A stretch of 64,000 nucleotides of DNA from Nibricoccus sp. (lineage in GTDB: Bacteria; Verrucomicrobiota; Verrucomicrobiia; Opitutales; Opitutaceae). Made by a program: the position numbers and the translations under genes. Below the pieces are notes generated by a model, which was not told the DNA's origin, made no database searches, and worked only from the letters and a program-made list of their open reading frames with translations. Of this stretch, positions 50,389-61,191 are shown piece after piece (the first letter of the stretch is position 1; every line of letters starts with the position of its first letter). The stretch covers positions 4,640,001 to 4,704,000 of the forward strand of contig JASGHG010000001.1 of NCBI GenBank assembly GCA_047602425.1. The letters are read 5' to 3'.

Positions 50389-50755
50389 TCATCTTCGGAC
50401 CGACGACGGCTTGCTTGGTATCGCAACGGCGCATCAGGTAAATTCTTGCACCGCACCACGGAAAATCCGCTTGTCGGAAATGGAAGAGCAACGTTCTGAA
50501 AAACCAGAAATGGACTTCTCTAACAAACTAACAAAAACGCAGCCGCTTCACGGAAGGGGCTATTAATTCACGTTCCATAGCACAGCCAGAAGGAGATATC
50601 AGCCCAGTCCAATATTAGACATAATATTTATTGTGCGCAACAAACGGGGAGAGCTTAGAATGCTTTAAAAGGCCCGACGCGAGGCGAATTCAATTCCAAC
50701 AGTCGGTTGTTAAGATCTTGATTACAATGGTACAAAAGCTCTAAGAGAATGGCCC

Positions 50756-53700
50756 ATGGGGGTATTGCGAAAGATTTCCGACGCCGGCGTTCGCCGACCT
50801 TCATGGGCAGCGTGGGCTGGATTCGCACTTGGATTTGTGTGCAGCGTCGGGTTTGCGTGTTGGGCCGAAGTAAAACGGCAGAATACCGAAAAAACCCGTG
50901 CCTTGGCCATAGTGACCAACCGAGCCCAAGCGCTACAACGAGGAGTCGAACGAGCCATTTCCGTCAACTACACTCTCGAAGCACTTGTTCTGAAAGGGAG
51001 TGGAGACATCGAACAATTCGATAGCACGGCTAAACGCCTTCTTCCCCAATATCCGGGAGTGTCCGCGGTCGGGACCGCTCCTGGCGGTACGGTGACGCAA
51101 GTCTATCCGCTTTCGGGCAACGAAGGCGCGATAGGACACGACATTTTTAAAGATCCCGCGCGTTCCCAAGAAGCCCGCCTCGCTCGGGATACCGGCAAAT
51201 TAACCCTCGCCGGTCCCTTCGAGCTTGTGCAAGGCGGTTTTGGAGCGGTCGCTCGCCTACCCGTGTTCGCCGGCGAAGAAGGCGCCGGAAAATTCTGGGG
51301 TTTTACCTTCGCGGTGCTTCGCATGCCCGATGTTCTCGCGGCTGCACGTATTCATCGGCTGGTCGAACAAGGTTACGACTACGAACTCTGGCGCGTGAAT
51401 CCCACAGGTCAGCGACAGGTGATTGCGGCTTCTTCGAAGGAAAACCTGCGGCGTCCGGTAAACAGCGCCCTGGAGCTTCCAAACGGCCAATGGACTCTCA
51501 GCGTCGCACCCCTGACCGGCTGGTTCGACACCCGCCTTTTAGCCCTAAGGCTTGGGTTGGTACTGGTTTTTTCCCTGATGAGTGCAGCCATAGCGAAACT
51601 TTTCGCCGAAATGAAGCGGAGGGAACTTCATCTCGAAACGCTGGTGACCGAACGCACCGCCGAGGTGAAAACCCGCGAGGAGCAATTGACGCGAGCCCAG
51701 GCGGTGGCACGGGTCGGAAGTTGGGCGGTGGAGTTCGACAGCAACCAGGCGATAGTCCCCGAAAAGACATTCTGGTCCGCCGAAGCACACCGTGTTTTCG
51801 GTGTAGATGGTGGTTCCCCCATGACACTCGAGCAATTTGTGCAACGCGTCCATCCCGACGACCGGCAGATGCTGGTTGAGGCGTGGACCGACTCTCTCAA
51901 GACCGGGGACTATTTTATCGAATTTCGCCTCGAGTCCGCAAATGGCGTACGATGGGTAAGAAGCCGCGGCAAGATGGAACGATTCCCTGATGGCCGGGCG
52001 ATCCGCGGCATCGGAACGGTGGAAGATATCACCGAACAGCGTGCAGCCGAGGCCGCGCGGGTGGAAAGCGAACAACGGTTGCGGCGAGCGGTCATCAACG
52101 CGCCGCTTCCGGTTATGATCCACGCCGAAAATGATGAGGTTCTTTTGCTGAGCGATGCGTGGTTGGAAATCTCCGGCTATGCGGCCGAGGAACTGAAAAC
52201 CGTTTCGGAATGGACCCGGAAAGCTTATGGCGACCGATCGTCCACGATAGAAAAAGAAATCCGGGAACTTTATAGCCTCACAGGAAAGGTTAAGGAAGGT
52301 GAGTTTATCATAAAAACAAGCGCGGGTTCAAACCGGGTCTGGGACTTTATGTCCGCCGGTTTAGGCACCCTGCCCGATGGCAGGCGGTTAGTGATCACCA
52401 TGGCCATGGATGTCACCGAGCGCAAAGAAGCGGAACGGACATTGCGAATCCAGAGCAGCGCTCTGGAAGCGGCGGCAAATGCGATCGCCCTTTTGGACGA
52501 GGTTGGGCGCATCGAATGGGCCAATGCAGCATTCGCTGCCGTGCTCGGACTTTCGCTCGAAGTCATTGTCGGCAAAAGTCTCCCGGGCATGACCTATTTT
52601 GAGGAACTCGATCCAAATTTCTTTCGAGAGTTTGGACCCAGGATGCAAGGCAAGCAGGTGTGGAACGGCGAGGTGGCCAATCAACAAAAGGGCGTTGGGC
52701 GCGCCGTGCACGACGTGATGATTACCCCCGTTTTGCGAGCCGGTGAACCTGGTTACTTTATCGTGGTGATGCAGAATATAACCAGGCGCAAGATACTAGA
52801 GGAGCAATTGCGTCAGTCGCAGAAAATGGATGCAGTCGGTCAGCTTGCGGGCGGCATTGCCCACGACTTCAACAATGTACTCGCGTCCGTTCTGCTCCAA
52901 CTCGGACTAGTGCAGGATCAACCTGGCCTCGATCCGGCGATTCGCGGAGTTTTTCGCGATCTCGAAAAAGAAATCCAACGTGGAGCAAATTTGACACGGC
53001 AGTTACTCGCCTTCAGTCGGCAACAGGCGATGGAGACCAAGGCTATTCGGCTGGACCAATTGCTCAATGGACTGGTCAGTATGCTGCGACGGCTTCTCGG
53101 TGAGAACATCGCGATCGAATGCGATTTTCCTCGTGACACTCCGCTCGTCGATGCCGATCCGGGGATGATCGAACAGGTGGCGATAAATCTTTGCGTCAAC
53201 GCGCGCGATGCCATGCCGCAAGGTGGACGACTACTGTTGCGCACGAGGGCCGTCGAAGCCTCGCCCCAGAATATCGCTTACACAAGCGACGCACGGTCCG
53301 GCCGTTTTGTTTGTCTCGACGTCACAGATACAGGTTGCGGCATGGACAGTGCCACGATCGAAAGAATATTCGAACCGTTCTTTACCACTAAATCGATCGG
53401 CAAGGGAACAGGTCTGGGACTGGCCACGGTTTATGGGATCGTCAAACAACATGGAGGCTGGGTGGAGGTGGACAGCACGGTGGGCAAAGGTTCTGTCTTT
53501 CGCGTGTATTTACCGGCGGCTCAAGAATCGCAGATGCCAGCCGCCGCCGCCGCTGCTCCGGTACCACGCGGACACGGACAAACTATTCTCGTCGTCGAAG
53601 ATGAACCGGCCGTTCGCAAGATGTTTGGCCAGATTCTGACGCAATACGGATACCACGTTATCGAAACCGAATCTGGACCGCGCGCACTGGAGGAATGGGG

Positions 53701-53953
53701 CAAGCAGACAACGTCAATCGATTTGCTGGTCTCAGATATGGTTATGCCGGGCGGCATGGACGGTGTGCAGCTGGCGACCGCGCTGCGAGCTAGAAAGCCG
53801 GACTTGAAAGTAATACTTTGCACCGGCTACAGCACGACTGTTCTCGGTGCTGGAGAGCTTTCACAGCGGGACATTGTACTTTTGCGGAAGCCCATAGCCA
53901 TGCAGGATCTGTTGCGGGCGGTAGGTCGGAAGTTAGCAAATGAGAAAAACTAG
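50756..53953 (+). CDS. CHASE-PAS-PAS-PAS hybrid histidine kinase
   Basis: CHASE (GPFELVQGG), PAS (VHPDD), GGIAHDFNN, NARDAM, PFFTTK, receiver SDMVMPG. Confidence 0.93.
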   Translation: MGVLRKISDAGVRRPSWAAWAGFALGFVCSVGFACWAEVKRQNTEKTRALAIVTNRAQALQRGVERAISVNYTLEALVLKGSGDIEQFDSTAKRLLPQYPGVSAVGTAPGGTVTQVYPLSGNEGAIGHDIFKDPARSQEARLARDTGKLTLAGPFELVQGGFGAVARLPVFAGEEGAGKFWGFTFAVLRMPDVLAAARIHRLVEQGYDYELWRVNPTGQRQVIAASSKENLRRPVNSALELPNGQWTLSVAPLTGWFDTRLLALRLGLVLVFSLMSAAIAKLFAEMKRRELHLETLVTERTAEVKTREEQLTRAQAVARVGSWAVEFDSNQAIVPEKTFWSAEAHRVFGVDGGSPMTLEQFVQRVHPDDRQMLVEAWTDSLKTGDYFIEFRLESANGVRWVRSRGKMERFPDGRAIRGIGTVEDITEQRAAEAARVESEQRLRRAVINAPLPVMIHAENDEVLLLSDAWLEISGYAAEELKTVSEWTRKAYGDRSSTIEKEIRELYSLTGKVKEGEFIIKTSAGSNRVWDFMSAGLGTLPDGRRLVITMAMDVTERKEAERTLRIQSSALEAAANAIALLDEVGRIEWANAAFAAVLGLSLEVIVGKSLPGMTYFEELDPNFFREFGPRMQGKQVWNGEVANQQKGVGRAVHDVMITPVLRAGEPGYFIVVMQNITRRKILEEQLRQSQKMDAVGQLAGGIAHDFNNVLASVLLQLGLVQDQPGLDPAIRGVFRDLEKEIQRGANLTRQLLAFSRQQAMETKAIRLDQLLNGLVSMLRRLLGENIAIECDFPRDTPLVDADPGMIEQVAINLCVNARDAMPQGGRLLLRTRAVEASPQNIAYTSDARSGRFVCLDVTDTGCGMDSATIERIFEPFFTTKSIGKGTGLGLATVYGIVKQHGGWVEVDSTVGKGSVFRVYLPAAQESQMPAAAAAAPVPRGHGQTILVVEDEPAVRKMFGQILTQYGYHVIETESGPRALEEWGKQTTSIDLLVSDMVMPGGMDGVQLATALRARKPDLKVILCTGYSTTVLGAGELSQRDIVLLRKPIAMQDLLRAVGRKLANEKN

Positions 53954-54296
53954 GCGAACCCCTGGTTTTCTGAAACAACTTGCCCCTAGTTGTTGGATCG
54001 ATGTTTTTCGCGACCCTCGGGTAAGCCGCTCGTGGAAGTTGAGCGTGACGAATACACCCTTACGGTTGCACCACTCTTCTCAAGGAGAGAGCAACTTTCA
54101 TCCCGCAAATCGATTGTGCCACTGGCTTGACCACTTGCCACTACTCGGTTCTCGCCCTGCTTAATACCTTGCGCCGTCCATTTTTTCTGCTTCGGCGATG
54201 ACATCCGAGGGGAGATTTCATGATTCGTGTCGAAACTTTACGATTGCCGAGAAGACGGCGTGCTGCACGTTGGCAACCGCGCAAGCTACATCCACT

Positions 54297-54386
54297 GGAG
54301 AGGTGGCAGAGTGGTCTATTGCGGCGGTCTTGAAAACCGCTGAGCCCGCAAGGGTTCCGAGGGTTCGAATCCCTCCCTCTCCGCCA
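54297..54386 (+). tRNA. tRNA-Ser (anticodon TGA)
   Basis: GGAGAGG/CCTCTCC acceptor stem, GCGGT-CTTGAAA-ACCGC anticodon arm, long variable arm, GTTCGAATC, encoded CCA. Confidence 0.97.
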
Positions 54387-54431
54387 GCTTTGATGGCAAA
54401 AAGCGGGCTTAAGCCGGACGTCAATCGGCTG

Positions 54432-56021
54432 TCATTTCCCGGCAGAAACCGGGGTTTGTTCGTGAGGCACGAGATGCAGGCGTGTTTTTAGGAGTTCAAA
54501 TGCGCGTCCGCGAAATACGATTGCGTCGCTACTTTCGCTGGCGAGCGCGGTGCCCGACCAGACGCCGTCGGCGATCAATGCTTGATCCAAAACAGTGCCG
54601 GCAGGGAATTTTTCGGTCGTGCCGTCGCCATATTCGACTTGGACGGATCCGCTTTGGATAAAGAAATACCCGCGGGGTTTTTCGCCTCGTTCGAAAAGCG
54701 GCTCGCCGGCCTCCAAATGGATGGAGCGCAAAAGATCCTCAGGCGGGGGCGATACAACGCTAATATCGCGCGGGAAAAACAGTTCGAAGGTCCAGTCGAC
54801 AATGACCCGCAGGCGTCGCAAGGCCCCTGGAAGTTTCGCCAGATAAATGGTCCGCCACAGCCACCACGCGATAAATCCGCTGAAATGCAGGCCGAGGATC
54901 TCGGCTACGGCCGCGCGTTTACCAACCGTCGCGAGCTGGCCCAGATATTTGTAACGAAATGGCTGCGGTGCTCCGTTTCCCCGCAACACGCGCGCGAGGT
55001 TTTGGCCAAGCTGTTTCCCTTGTCGCAAGGCAAATTGCGATGTCGGCGGCGAGGTTTTTTCGGTTCCCGTGGCGTCTTTCCACGGCACCGCCGCGCAATC
55101 GCCAGCAGACCAGAGATTATTTTGGCCGCGAACCTGCATGGTAGATTCGACCACGATGCGTCCTTTCAATGTTTCGAGATTAAGTTGACGGCAAAGATCG
55201 AGCGTGACCGGGCTCGGCGCGTTGCCGATCGAAGAGACAACGGTGTGGGCTTCGATGAACGAACCGTCATCGAGAAGTAATTTGCGCGCGGTTACTTCAA
55301 CGACGCGCGCATCGAGTCGGATTTCCATGCCGCGCCGGCGAAGGACACGCAGTGCGTAGTCTCCCAACTTGTCTCCGATTTCCGGCAACAAATGCGGTCC
55401 CGCATGCACCAGGGCGACGCGCAATTTTTCGGTTCTTAGATTGGAATAAAATTGTTTTGCCTCGTGCAGGAAATCGAAAATTTGTCCCGCCGTCTCCACG
55501 CCCGTATAACCACCGCCAACCACCACGAAACTCAGGAGCCGCGCGCGCACGGCGTTGTCCTCGACGAGATTTGCCTCTTCCAAACGGTTGATCAACGCAG
55601 AGCGAAGGCGCAAGGCGTCGGCCACGGTTTTCATCGGCCAGCCGTAATCCGCCATGCCAGGTACACGCGAAAGATCGGTCACGCTGCCCAGTGTCAGCAC
55701 AAGATGATCGAAACCGACCAAATGATTCCGGGTAAAACGTCCACCATCGAGCGAAAGTTGTCTTTTTGCCCAGTCGATATGTTGGATGTTACCCTGCAGC
55801 ACATTCACATTTCGGCAAAAAAGCCGCAAAGGATTCACGACATCGGCAGCCGCCAGCGCGGCTCCGGCAACTTCGGGCAGCATGGGTTGAAAAATGAAGA
55901 CGTTGCGTTCGGCGATCAACGCCACGCGGCGCACGCCGTCCGGACCCAAAGCCCGCCCGAGGGCGCGCGCGCAATATGCCCCGGCAAAACCACCACCAGC
56001 GATGACGACATCGAATTTCAT
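54432..56021 (-). CDS. Type II NADH dehydrogenase-like flavoprotein with C-terminal cNMP-binding-like domain
   Basis: GGGFAG, QPMLPEV, GGGYTGVE, AGDCA; C-terminal LEAGEPLFERGE..FFIQSGSVQV. Confidence 0.85.
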   Translation of the reverse strand: MKFDVVIAGGGFAGAYCARALGRALGPDGVRRVALIAERNVFIFQPMLPEVAGAALAAADVVNPLRLFCRNVNVLQGNIQHIDWAKRQLSLDGGRFTRNHLVGFDHLVLTLGSVTDLSRVPGMADYGWPMKTVADALRLRSALINRLEEANLVEDNAVRARLLSFVVVGGGYTGVETAGQIFDFLHEAKQFYSNLRTEKLRVALVHAGPHLLPEIGDKLGDYALRVLRRRGMEIRLDARVVEVTARKLLLDDGSFIEAHTVVSSIGNAPSPVTLDLCRQLNLETLKGRIVVESTMQVRGQNNLWSAGDCAAVPWKDATGTEKTSPPTSQFALRQGKQLGQNLARVLRGNGAPQPFRYKYLGQLATVGKRAAVAEILGLHFSGFIAWWLWRTIYLAKLPGALRRLRVIVDWTFELFFPRDISVVSPPPEDLLRSIHLEAGEPLFERGEKPRGYFFIQSGSVQVEYGDGTTEKFPAGTVLDQALIADGVWSGTALASESSDAIVFRGRAFELLKTRLHLVPHEQTPVSAGK

Positions 56022-56308
56022 AGAGCACGATGACCGATGTTCCGCGCCACGCAATTGCGGGAATCATTCTTTTGCAGGTGGCATGTGGTCGCGCTCGGAT
56101 CGATTCCGTGAAGATATAGATAGCGTCGAGTTTGGGAAAAGGGGCTTCCCCTACTCGCCTGCACGGAATTTTTCCGGCCGCTGGATCCGGGAATTTCGAT
56201 TTAGAGATAGGGAATTGACCGGCTGCAGCCGCAGGAACCGTTTCCCACGTGGAATGTCCCTTACCGAGTTCGTTTTTTGGCGGTCCACACCAATCCATTT
56301 CCACGAAA

Positions 56309-56947
56309 ATGTCCTCTTCGTCGTCAGCGCTCCTCACCTGCCCTTTGTGCGGCCAGCACCATCAACCGGTGGCGCTCGCCGCGGGAGAACGGGCGCTTTG
56401 TTTTCGTTGCGACACCGTGCTGGCCAGAGGTCCGCGATTTGGCCGGAACACCACACTGGTATTTGCATTGACCGGGCTGGTTCTGGCTGGGCCGGCGCTC
56501 TTTCTGCCGTTTATCACCGCCGGAAAATTTGGGCAGGAACGCGGTGGTTTATTGTTCTCCGGTGTGGAGGGACTTTGGGATCACGGCATGCGGCTGCTTT
56601 CGGTCTGGGTGCTCATCTGCGGAATTGTCGCCCCGATGATTCTGCTGGGAATCCTGACGGCCCTGCTGGCGTGCGCACATATGAAATGGCGGCAAAGAAG
56701 CGGCGTTTTTTTGGTCCGCGCCGCGCATGCCGTCGCGTATTGGGCCATTCCGGAAGTGCAGGTGCTCGCCGTGCTTGTGGCTCTGATGAAACTGGGCTCG
56801 GTCGTGCATGTCACGATTGGCGCTGGCTTTTGGTTTTATTCCGGCATGGCTGTTTCAGTTCTCGTCGCGTGGCGCAGTTTCACGCTGAGTCAGCCGGTAT
56901 TTGCTCCGGAAGAAATGCCGTCCAATTCGCAACCGACAAACGCATGA
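56309..56947 (+). CDS. pqiA: Paraquat-inducible protein A family, first half
   Basis: CPLC..CFRC Zn ribbon, TM helices, WAIPEV..VALMKL. Confidence 0.82.
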   Translation: MSSSSSALLTCPLCGQHHQPVALAAGERALCFRCDTVLARGPRFGRNTTLVFALTGLVLAGPALFLPFITAGKFGQERGGLLFSGVEGLWDHGMRLLSVWVLICGIVAPMILLGILTALLACAHMKWRQRSGVFLVRAAHAVAYWAIPEVQVLAVLVALMKLGSVVHVTIGAGFWFYSGMAVSVLVAWRSFTLSQPVFAPEEMPSNSQPTNA

Positions 56948-57483
56948 AACGTCGCTATCCCCATCTTCGTTCGGAAAGGCTTTCGAATGCCGTGGCTTTT
57001 GCGCTTGCCGCCACGGTGATGCTTTTGCCGGCAAATCTTCTGCCGATTTTGACCACACAGACGTCGGGTGCGGCCCGCACCGATACCATTTTCTCAGGTA
57101 TAATCGAGCTCTGGCGTCAGGGGCTGGGGGTCATCGCGATCATCGTATTCCTCGCCAGCATCGTCATTCCGATCATGAAACTAGTCGGACTCGGCTGGCT
57201 CATTTTTAAGGCGCATCGCGGTGCAGGACGGCAGGCCCGCGAACTCACGCGCCTTTATGCAGCGCTGGATTTTATCGGCCGCTGGTCGATGCTCGATGTC
57301 TTTCTCGTCGCGTTTCTCTCGGGCGTCGTCCAATTCGGCGCCTTTTCCAACGTCCAGCCGCGCGAGGGCATCGTCGCTTTCGCGATGGCGGTCGTACTTA
57401 CGGTCCTCGCCACCCACGCCTTCGATCCGCGCGTACTTTGGCGCGAACATTCCACGTCCCTGCCGCCAGTTTCCAAATCATGA
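56944..57483 (+). CDS. pqiA: Paraquat-inducible protein A family, second half
   Basis: PANLLPI, TIFSGI, IGRWSMLDVF, FDPRVLW; ATGA coupling. Confidence 0.88.
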   Translation: MKRRYPHLRSERLSNAVAFALAATVMLLPANLLPILTTQTSGAARTDTIFSGIIELWRQGLGVIAIIVFLASIVIPIMKLVGLGWLIFKAHRGAGRQARELTRLYAALDFIGRWSMLDVFLVAFLSGVVQFGAFSNVQPREGIVAFAMAVVLTVLATHAFDPRVLWREHSTSLPPVSKS

Positions 57484-58400
57484 ACGCCGCTCCCGAACCA
57501 ATCCCCAAAGTCAGCCGCACGCGCAGCTTTTCTCTCGTGTGGGTGGTGCCCCTGGTCGCGATCGCGGTCGGTGGCTGGATGGGTTTTCGCGAACTGAAAA
57601 ATCGCGGCCCGGAAATTACAATCGATTTTGCGGACGGGTCTGGCATCACTGCGGACAAAACGGTGCTCGAACACAAAGGCGTCTCCGTCGGCACCGTCAC
57701 CGCGGTTGAGTTGAAGCCTGGGCTCGACGGCGTGACGGTGCGCGTGCGCCTCGATCGCTCCGCGGCGGCCCTGGCCCGCGAGGGTTCGCAATTCTGGATC
57801 GTGCATCCCGAAATCGGCCTGTCCGGTATTCGCGGGCTTGATACATTGATTACGGGAGCCCGGCTGAATGTGCGGCCGGGAAAAGGTCCGCCCGCCAATC
57901 GGTTTACAGGAATGGTGAAAGCCCCGCCGCCCGAAACTCCTGAACAGGGAAAAACGTTCACGCTCCTGTCGGATCACCTCGGGTCGCTGACGACCGGCGC
58001 CGCGGTTTTTTATCGCGAAATGAAGGTCGGCGCCGTAGAAACCAGCCGGATGGCTGACGATGCCACGAGTGTTCTCATTCGTATCCACATAGCGGCCCCT
58101 TACGCGGACCTCGTTCGAACCAACACCCGCTTTTGGAATTCGGGAGGCTTTTCCTTCAAGGTCGGTTTGCTAGGCGCGGAACTTAAAAATACATCGCTTG
58201 AATCCCTCGTCGCAGGCGGCGTTGCCTTTGCCACGCCAGAAGGAGGCAAAGAAGGTTTAGCTCCGCTTGCGCCGGAGGGAACGGTATTTCAGATTGTAGC
58301 CGAACCGGACAAAGAATGGCTCAAGTGGGCTCCTAAAATTCCGATCAAAGCCCCGGAAATCGTGTCGGAGCCAAAACAAACGGTCGCCAAGGAAAAATAG
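57480..58400 (+). CDS. pqiB: PqiB/LetB-like protein with two MCE domains
   Basis: WVVPLVA, GPEITIDF, GVSVGTV, GLDTLITG, TRFWNSGG, SLVAGGVAF. Confidence 0.85.
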   Translation: MNAAPEPIPKVSRTRSFSLVWVVPLVAIAVGGWMGFRELKNRGPEITIDFADGSGITADKTVLEHKGVSVGTVTAVELKPGLDGVTVRVRLDRSAAALAREGSQFWIVHPEIGLSGIRGLDTLITGARLNVRPGKGPPANRFTGMVKAPPPETPEQGKTFTLLSDHLGSLTTGAAVFYREMKVGAVETSRMADDATSVLIRIHIAAPYADLVRTNTRFWNSGGFSFKVGLLGAELKNTSLESLVAGGVAFATPEGGKEGLAPLAPEGTVFQIVAEPDKEWLKWAPKIPIKAPEIVSEPKQTVAKEK

Positions 58401-58636
58401 CACTCGTCGTCATCGAGCGTAGGGATGTTTACGCAACAATACGACTGATCTAAAACAAGGTGCCTCTTACAACGTGAGTCCAGCCATTATCGGCCGACGA
58501 TCAGACGAATACCGCGCGCACGATTCTGCCATTGTTTTCACCTCGGAAATTCGGCCCGCGCCCCTTGAAGGTCGCTGCAACGAGGCGTAAATTTCACGAT
58601 CCAGTTTTTCTCATAAAACCCAACGAAAGGATTCCC

Positions 58637-59377
58637 ATGTTAAAGACATTAAAATCAATGAGAGACTGTACTCTGTCCGCCCGAGACGGAGAAATCGGCA
58701 TGGTACGTGACGTCTTTTTTGACGATGAGCATTGGATGGTCAGATATTTTGTGGTCAACACCTCGAGCTGGCTCGTCGGGCGCAAGGTATTGATCCTGCC
58801 GCATTCGCTGCGAGGTATCGATAATTTCAATCGCACGCTGGCCGTGGATCTGACCCGTGAGCAGATAAAAAAGAGTCCGGATATCGACACGCACCAACCG
58901 ATGTCCCGCGCTCAGGAACTGCGTTATCACCGCTATTTCGGCTTCCCTATCTATTGGGGCGGCATTGCCGGTGAGGCGTCCGTGCCAATCCCCGCCATTC
59001 CCGAACCACAATATCCTCCCAAGGAAGATGTGCCGGGCGAGTCGGAGGAATCGCATCTGCGCAGCGCCCGCGAACTCGAGGGCTATCATGTGGAAGCAAA
59101 CGACGGCCCGATGGGTCATGTCACCGAGCTGTTGATCGCGCCGGAGGATTGGCGCATTGCCTATCTGGTCCTTAAAACCAAAGATTGGTTGCCGGGCAAA
59201 ACCGTGGTCGTCCCCACGCATTCTTTTAGGAATGTAAACTGGTTCGACCGCACGATCAAGGTTGCGCTCGATCGTTCCGAAATTGAAGCGGCCCCCGAAT
59301 TCAATCTTCCAGATCTCGAAAACGGCATGCTGGCTGAAAAGTTGCAGCACCACTTCGGTGCTTATCATCGTTCCTAA
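58637..59377 (+). CDS. Tandem PRC-barrel domain protein
   Basis: ARDGEIG..FFDDEHWMVRY; HLRSAREL.GYHVEANDG. Confidence 0.88.
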   Translation: MLKTLKSMRDCTLSARDGEIGMVRDVFFDDEHWMVRYFVVNTSSWLVGRKVLILPHSLRGIDNFNRTLAVDLTREQIKKSPDIDTHQPMSRAQELRYHRYFGFPIYWGGIAGEASVPIPAIPEPQYPPKEDVPGESEESHLRSARELEGYHVEANDGPMGHVTELLIAPEDWRIAYLVLKTKDWLPGKTVVVPTHSFRNVNWFDRTIKVALDRSEIEAAPEFNLPDLENGMLAEKLQHHFGAYHRS

Positions 59378-59543
59378 CGGGTTCTGCTTGTCGCGGCACC
59401 GCGCTGTACGGGCCCGACGTTGTCTGAGTCATTCGTTTATCCGGCCTCGCTGGCCGGGTAAACGATCGCTCCGAAAATACCGGGGACAAAAAATGGGCTT
59501 CGCCCCGATACCTCCGCCCCGGCCTCCGCATTAAAGTAAGCGG

Positions 59544-59909
59544 ATGAAAAAAATTTCGACCAACGTTCCCGCTCCTGCCTCGACCGAAACTCCACAAGCG
59601 GAGCCTTCGCAGGATGAAATCGCCCGGCGTGCCCATGAGCTATGGCTTCAGGATGGTTGCCCTACTGGCCGCGCTATTTACCACTGGCATGAAGCCGAGC
59701 GCCAGTTGAAGAAGGACCGAGTTCCGTCCTCTACTAAGCAGACTCAATCGCCGCAAAAAGATCGCTCGCTCACTTCGCTGGCAGACGACTCGTCTCCATT
59801 CAACGCGATGGAAGAGGATGCGCCACTTAGCGTGAAAGTTGAACGCAACCTAGCGAAAACAAGTATTAAGTCCACGCCGGCCAGCGGCGGCTCGGTGAAC
59901 GTCGATTGA
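59544..59909 (+). CDS. DUF2934 domain protein
   Basis: EIARRAHELWLQDGCPTGRAIYHWHEAERQL. Confidence 0.88.
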   Translation: MKKISTNVPAPASTETPQAEPSQDEIARRAHELWLQDGCPTGRAIYHWHEAERQLKKDRVPSSTKQTQSPQKDRSLTSLADDSSPFNAMEEDAPLSVKVERNLAKTSIKSTPASGGSVNVD

Positions 59910-59970
59910 TTCACGAAAGCCCGGTGCGTGCGGGCTCCTCTCAGCGGACAACGGCCGGAGAAGACGACCC

Positions 59971-61191
59971 ATGCGAGCCGAACCACGACTTACCGCCCCC
60001 ACCACCAGTCAGCCCGCTCGAATCGTTCGACGCGTGCGTTCCTGGCCGCGTCGCGTGGTGGTCACGATTAGTGTGGTGGCGTTGGTTTTGCTCGTCGCAC
60101 GGATTGCGCTGCCCTACGTGGTGAAACATCAGGTGAACATCCGGCTTTCGCGCATTCCCGGATACACGGGCGGCGTCGACGATATCGGAATTCATCTCTG
60201 GCGAGGCGCCTATTCGTTGCACGAGTTCCGCATTTTAAAGAGCAACGGCCGGTTGCAGGAACCGTTTTTCCGGGCGAAGAAAATCGATTTTTCCATCGCG
60301 TGGCGCGAATTGTGGCACGGCAAGATCGTGAGCGATATTAAAATCGACGAAGGCCAGCTCATCTTCGTGCAAGGGCCGAGCAAAGAGGAAAGTCAAAATG
60401 ACCTGGATCGACGGTGGCAGGATACGATTACAGATATATTTCCCATCGATATCACTCGTCTTGTGATCAAAGACGGCTTGTTGCGCTATCGAAATACCAC
60501 CCACAAGCCCACCGTCGACGTGTTTGTCACGCATATGCGCGCAACGGCGACGGGCCTGCGCAACCGTCCGGGCGAAGCGAAAAGCGGCGAATTTCCCGCC
60601 CAGATCGACATCGAGGGCGAGAGCCTTGGAGGTGGAAAGCTAAACCTTTCGCTATCGGCAGAGCCGCTCGCGGACCGGCCCCATTTTCAGCTCAGCCTGA
60701 AACTCGACGAGGTCGATCTCACCTCCCTGAATGAAACGCTCAAGGCTTACATCAAGGCCGACGTATCGCGCGGCACGTTTCGTTTGGTGGGCGAAATGGC
60801 CGGCCGCGATGGTGGTTTTCAGGGTTACGTGAAACCGTTTTTCGAAAATCTCGATTTTAAGAACGTCGAGGATAAGGACAAAAGCGTGGGCGAGCGGGTT
60901 TGGCAAAGCGTCGTCGCCGCGACGGCTTGGGTGGTAAAAGACAAATCGCGCGATCAAGTCGCCACCCGCATTCCCTTCGAGGGAAGGTTCGGCGACGCAA
61001 AAGTTGGTCTGCTGGCCACGATCGGTAATTTATTCCGGCACGGATTTGTCCGTGCGTTTAATCCCACAATCGAAGGTTCGGTTCACGCCGACGAAGTATC
61101 GCCGGATGGAAAAACCAAAGAGGAAAACGAAAAACGGGAAACGACGCTCGACGAAAATCTGAAAAGAAGCGAGCGCCCCGGCGTGCACTGA
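59971..61191 (+). CDS. DUF748 (AsmA-like) domain protein
   Basis: N-terminal TM, LWRGAY, GYVKP, ATRIPFEG. Confidence 0.78.
   Translation: MRAEPRLTAPTTSQPARIVRRVRSWPRRVVVTISVVALVLLVARIALPYVVKHQVNIRLSRIPGYTGGVDDIGIHLWRGAYSLHEFRILKSNGRLQEPFFRAKKIDFSIAWRELWHGKIVSDIKIDEGQLIFVQGPSKEESQNDLDRRWQDTITDIFPIDITRLVIKDGLLRYRNTTHKPTVDVFVTHMRATATGLRNRPGEAKSGEFPAQIDIEGESLGGGKLNLSLSAEPLADRPHFQLSLKLDEVDLTSLNETLKAYIKADVSRGTFRLVGEMAGRDGGFQGYVKPFFENLDFKNVEDKDKSVGERVWQSVVAATAWVVKDKSRDQVATRIPFEGRFGDAKVGLLATIGNLFRHGFVRAFNPTIEGSVHADEVSPDGKTKEENEKRETTLDENLKRSERPGVH

Noticed and set aside
54297..54430. tRNA-Ser as an integration site of a genomic island
   Set aside because: No integrase and no duplicated tRNA 3' end noticed within the window
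55894..56943. Long N-terminal extension of the second PqiA ORF
   Set aside because: Overlaps ndh and the first pqiA in other frames; the coupled ATG at 56944 is the likely start
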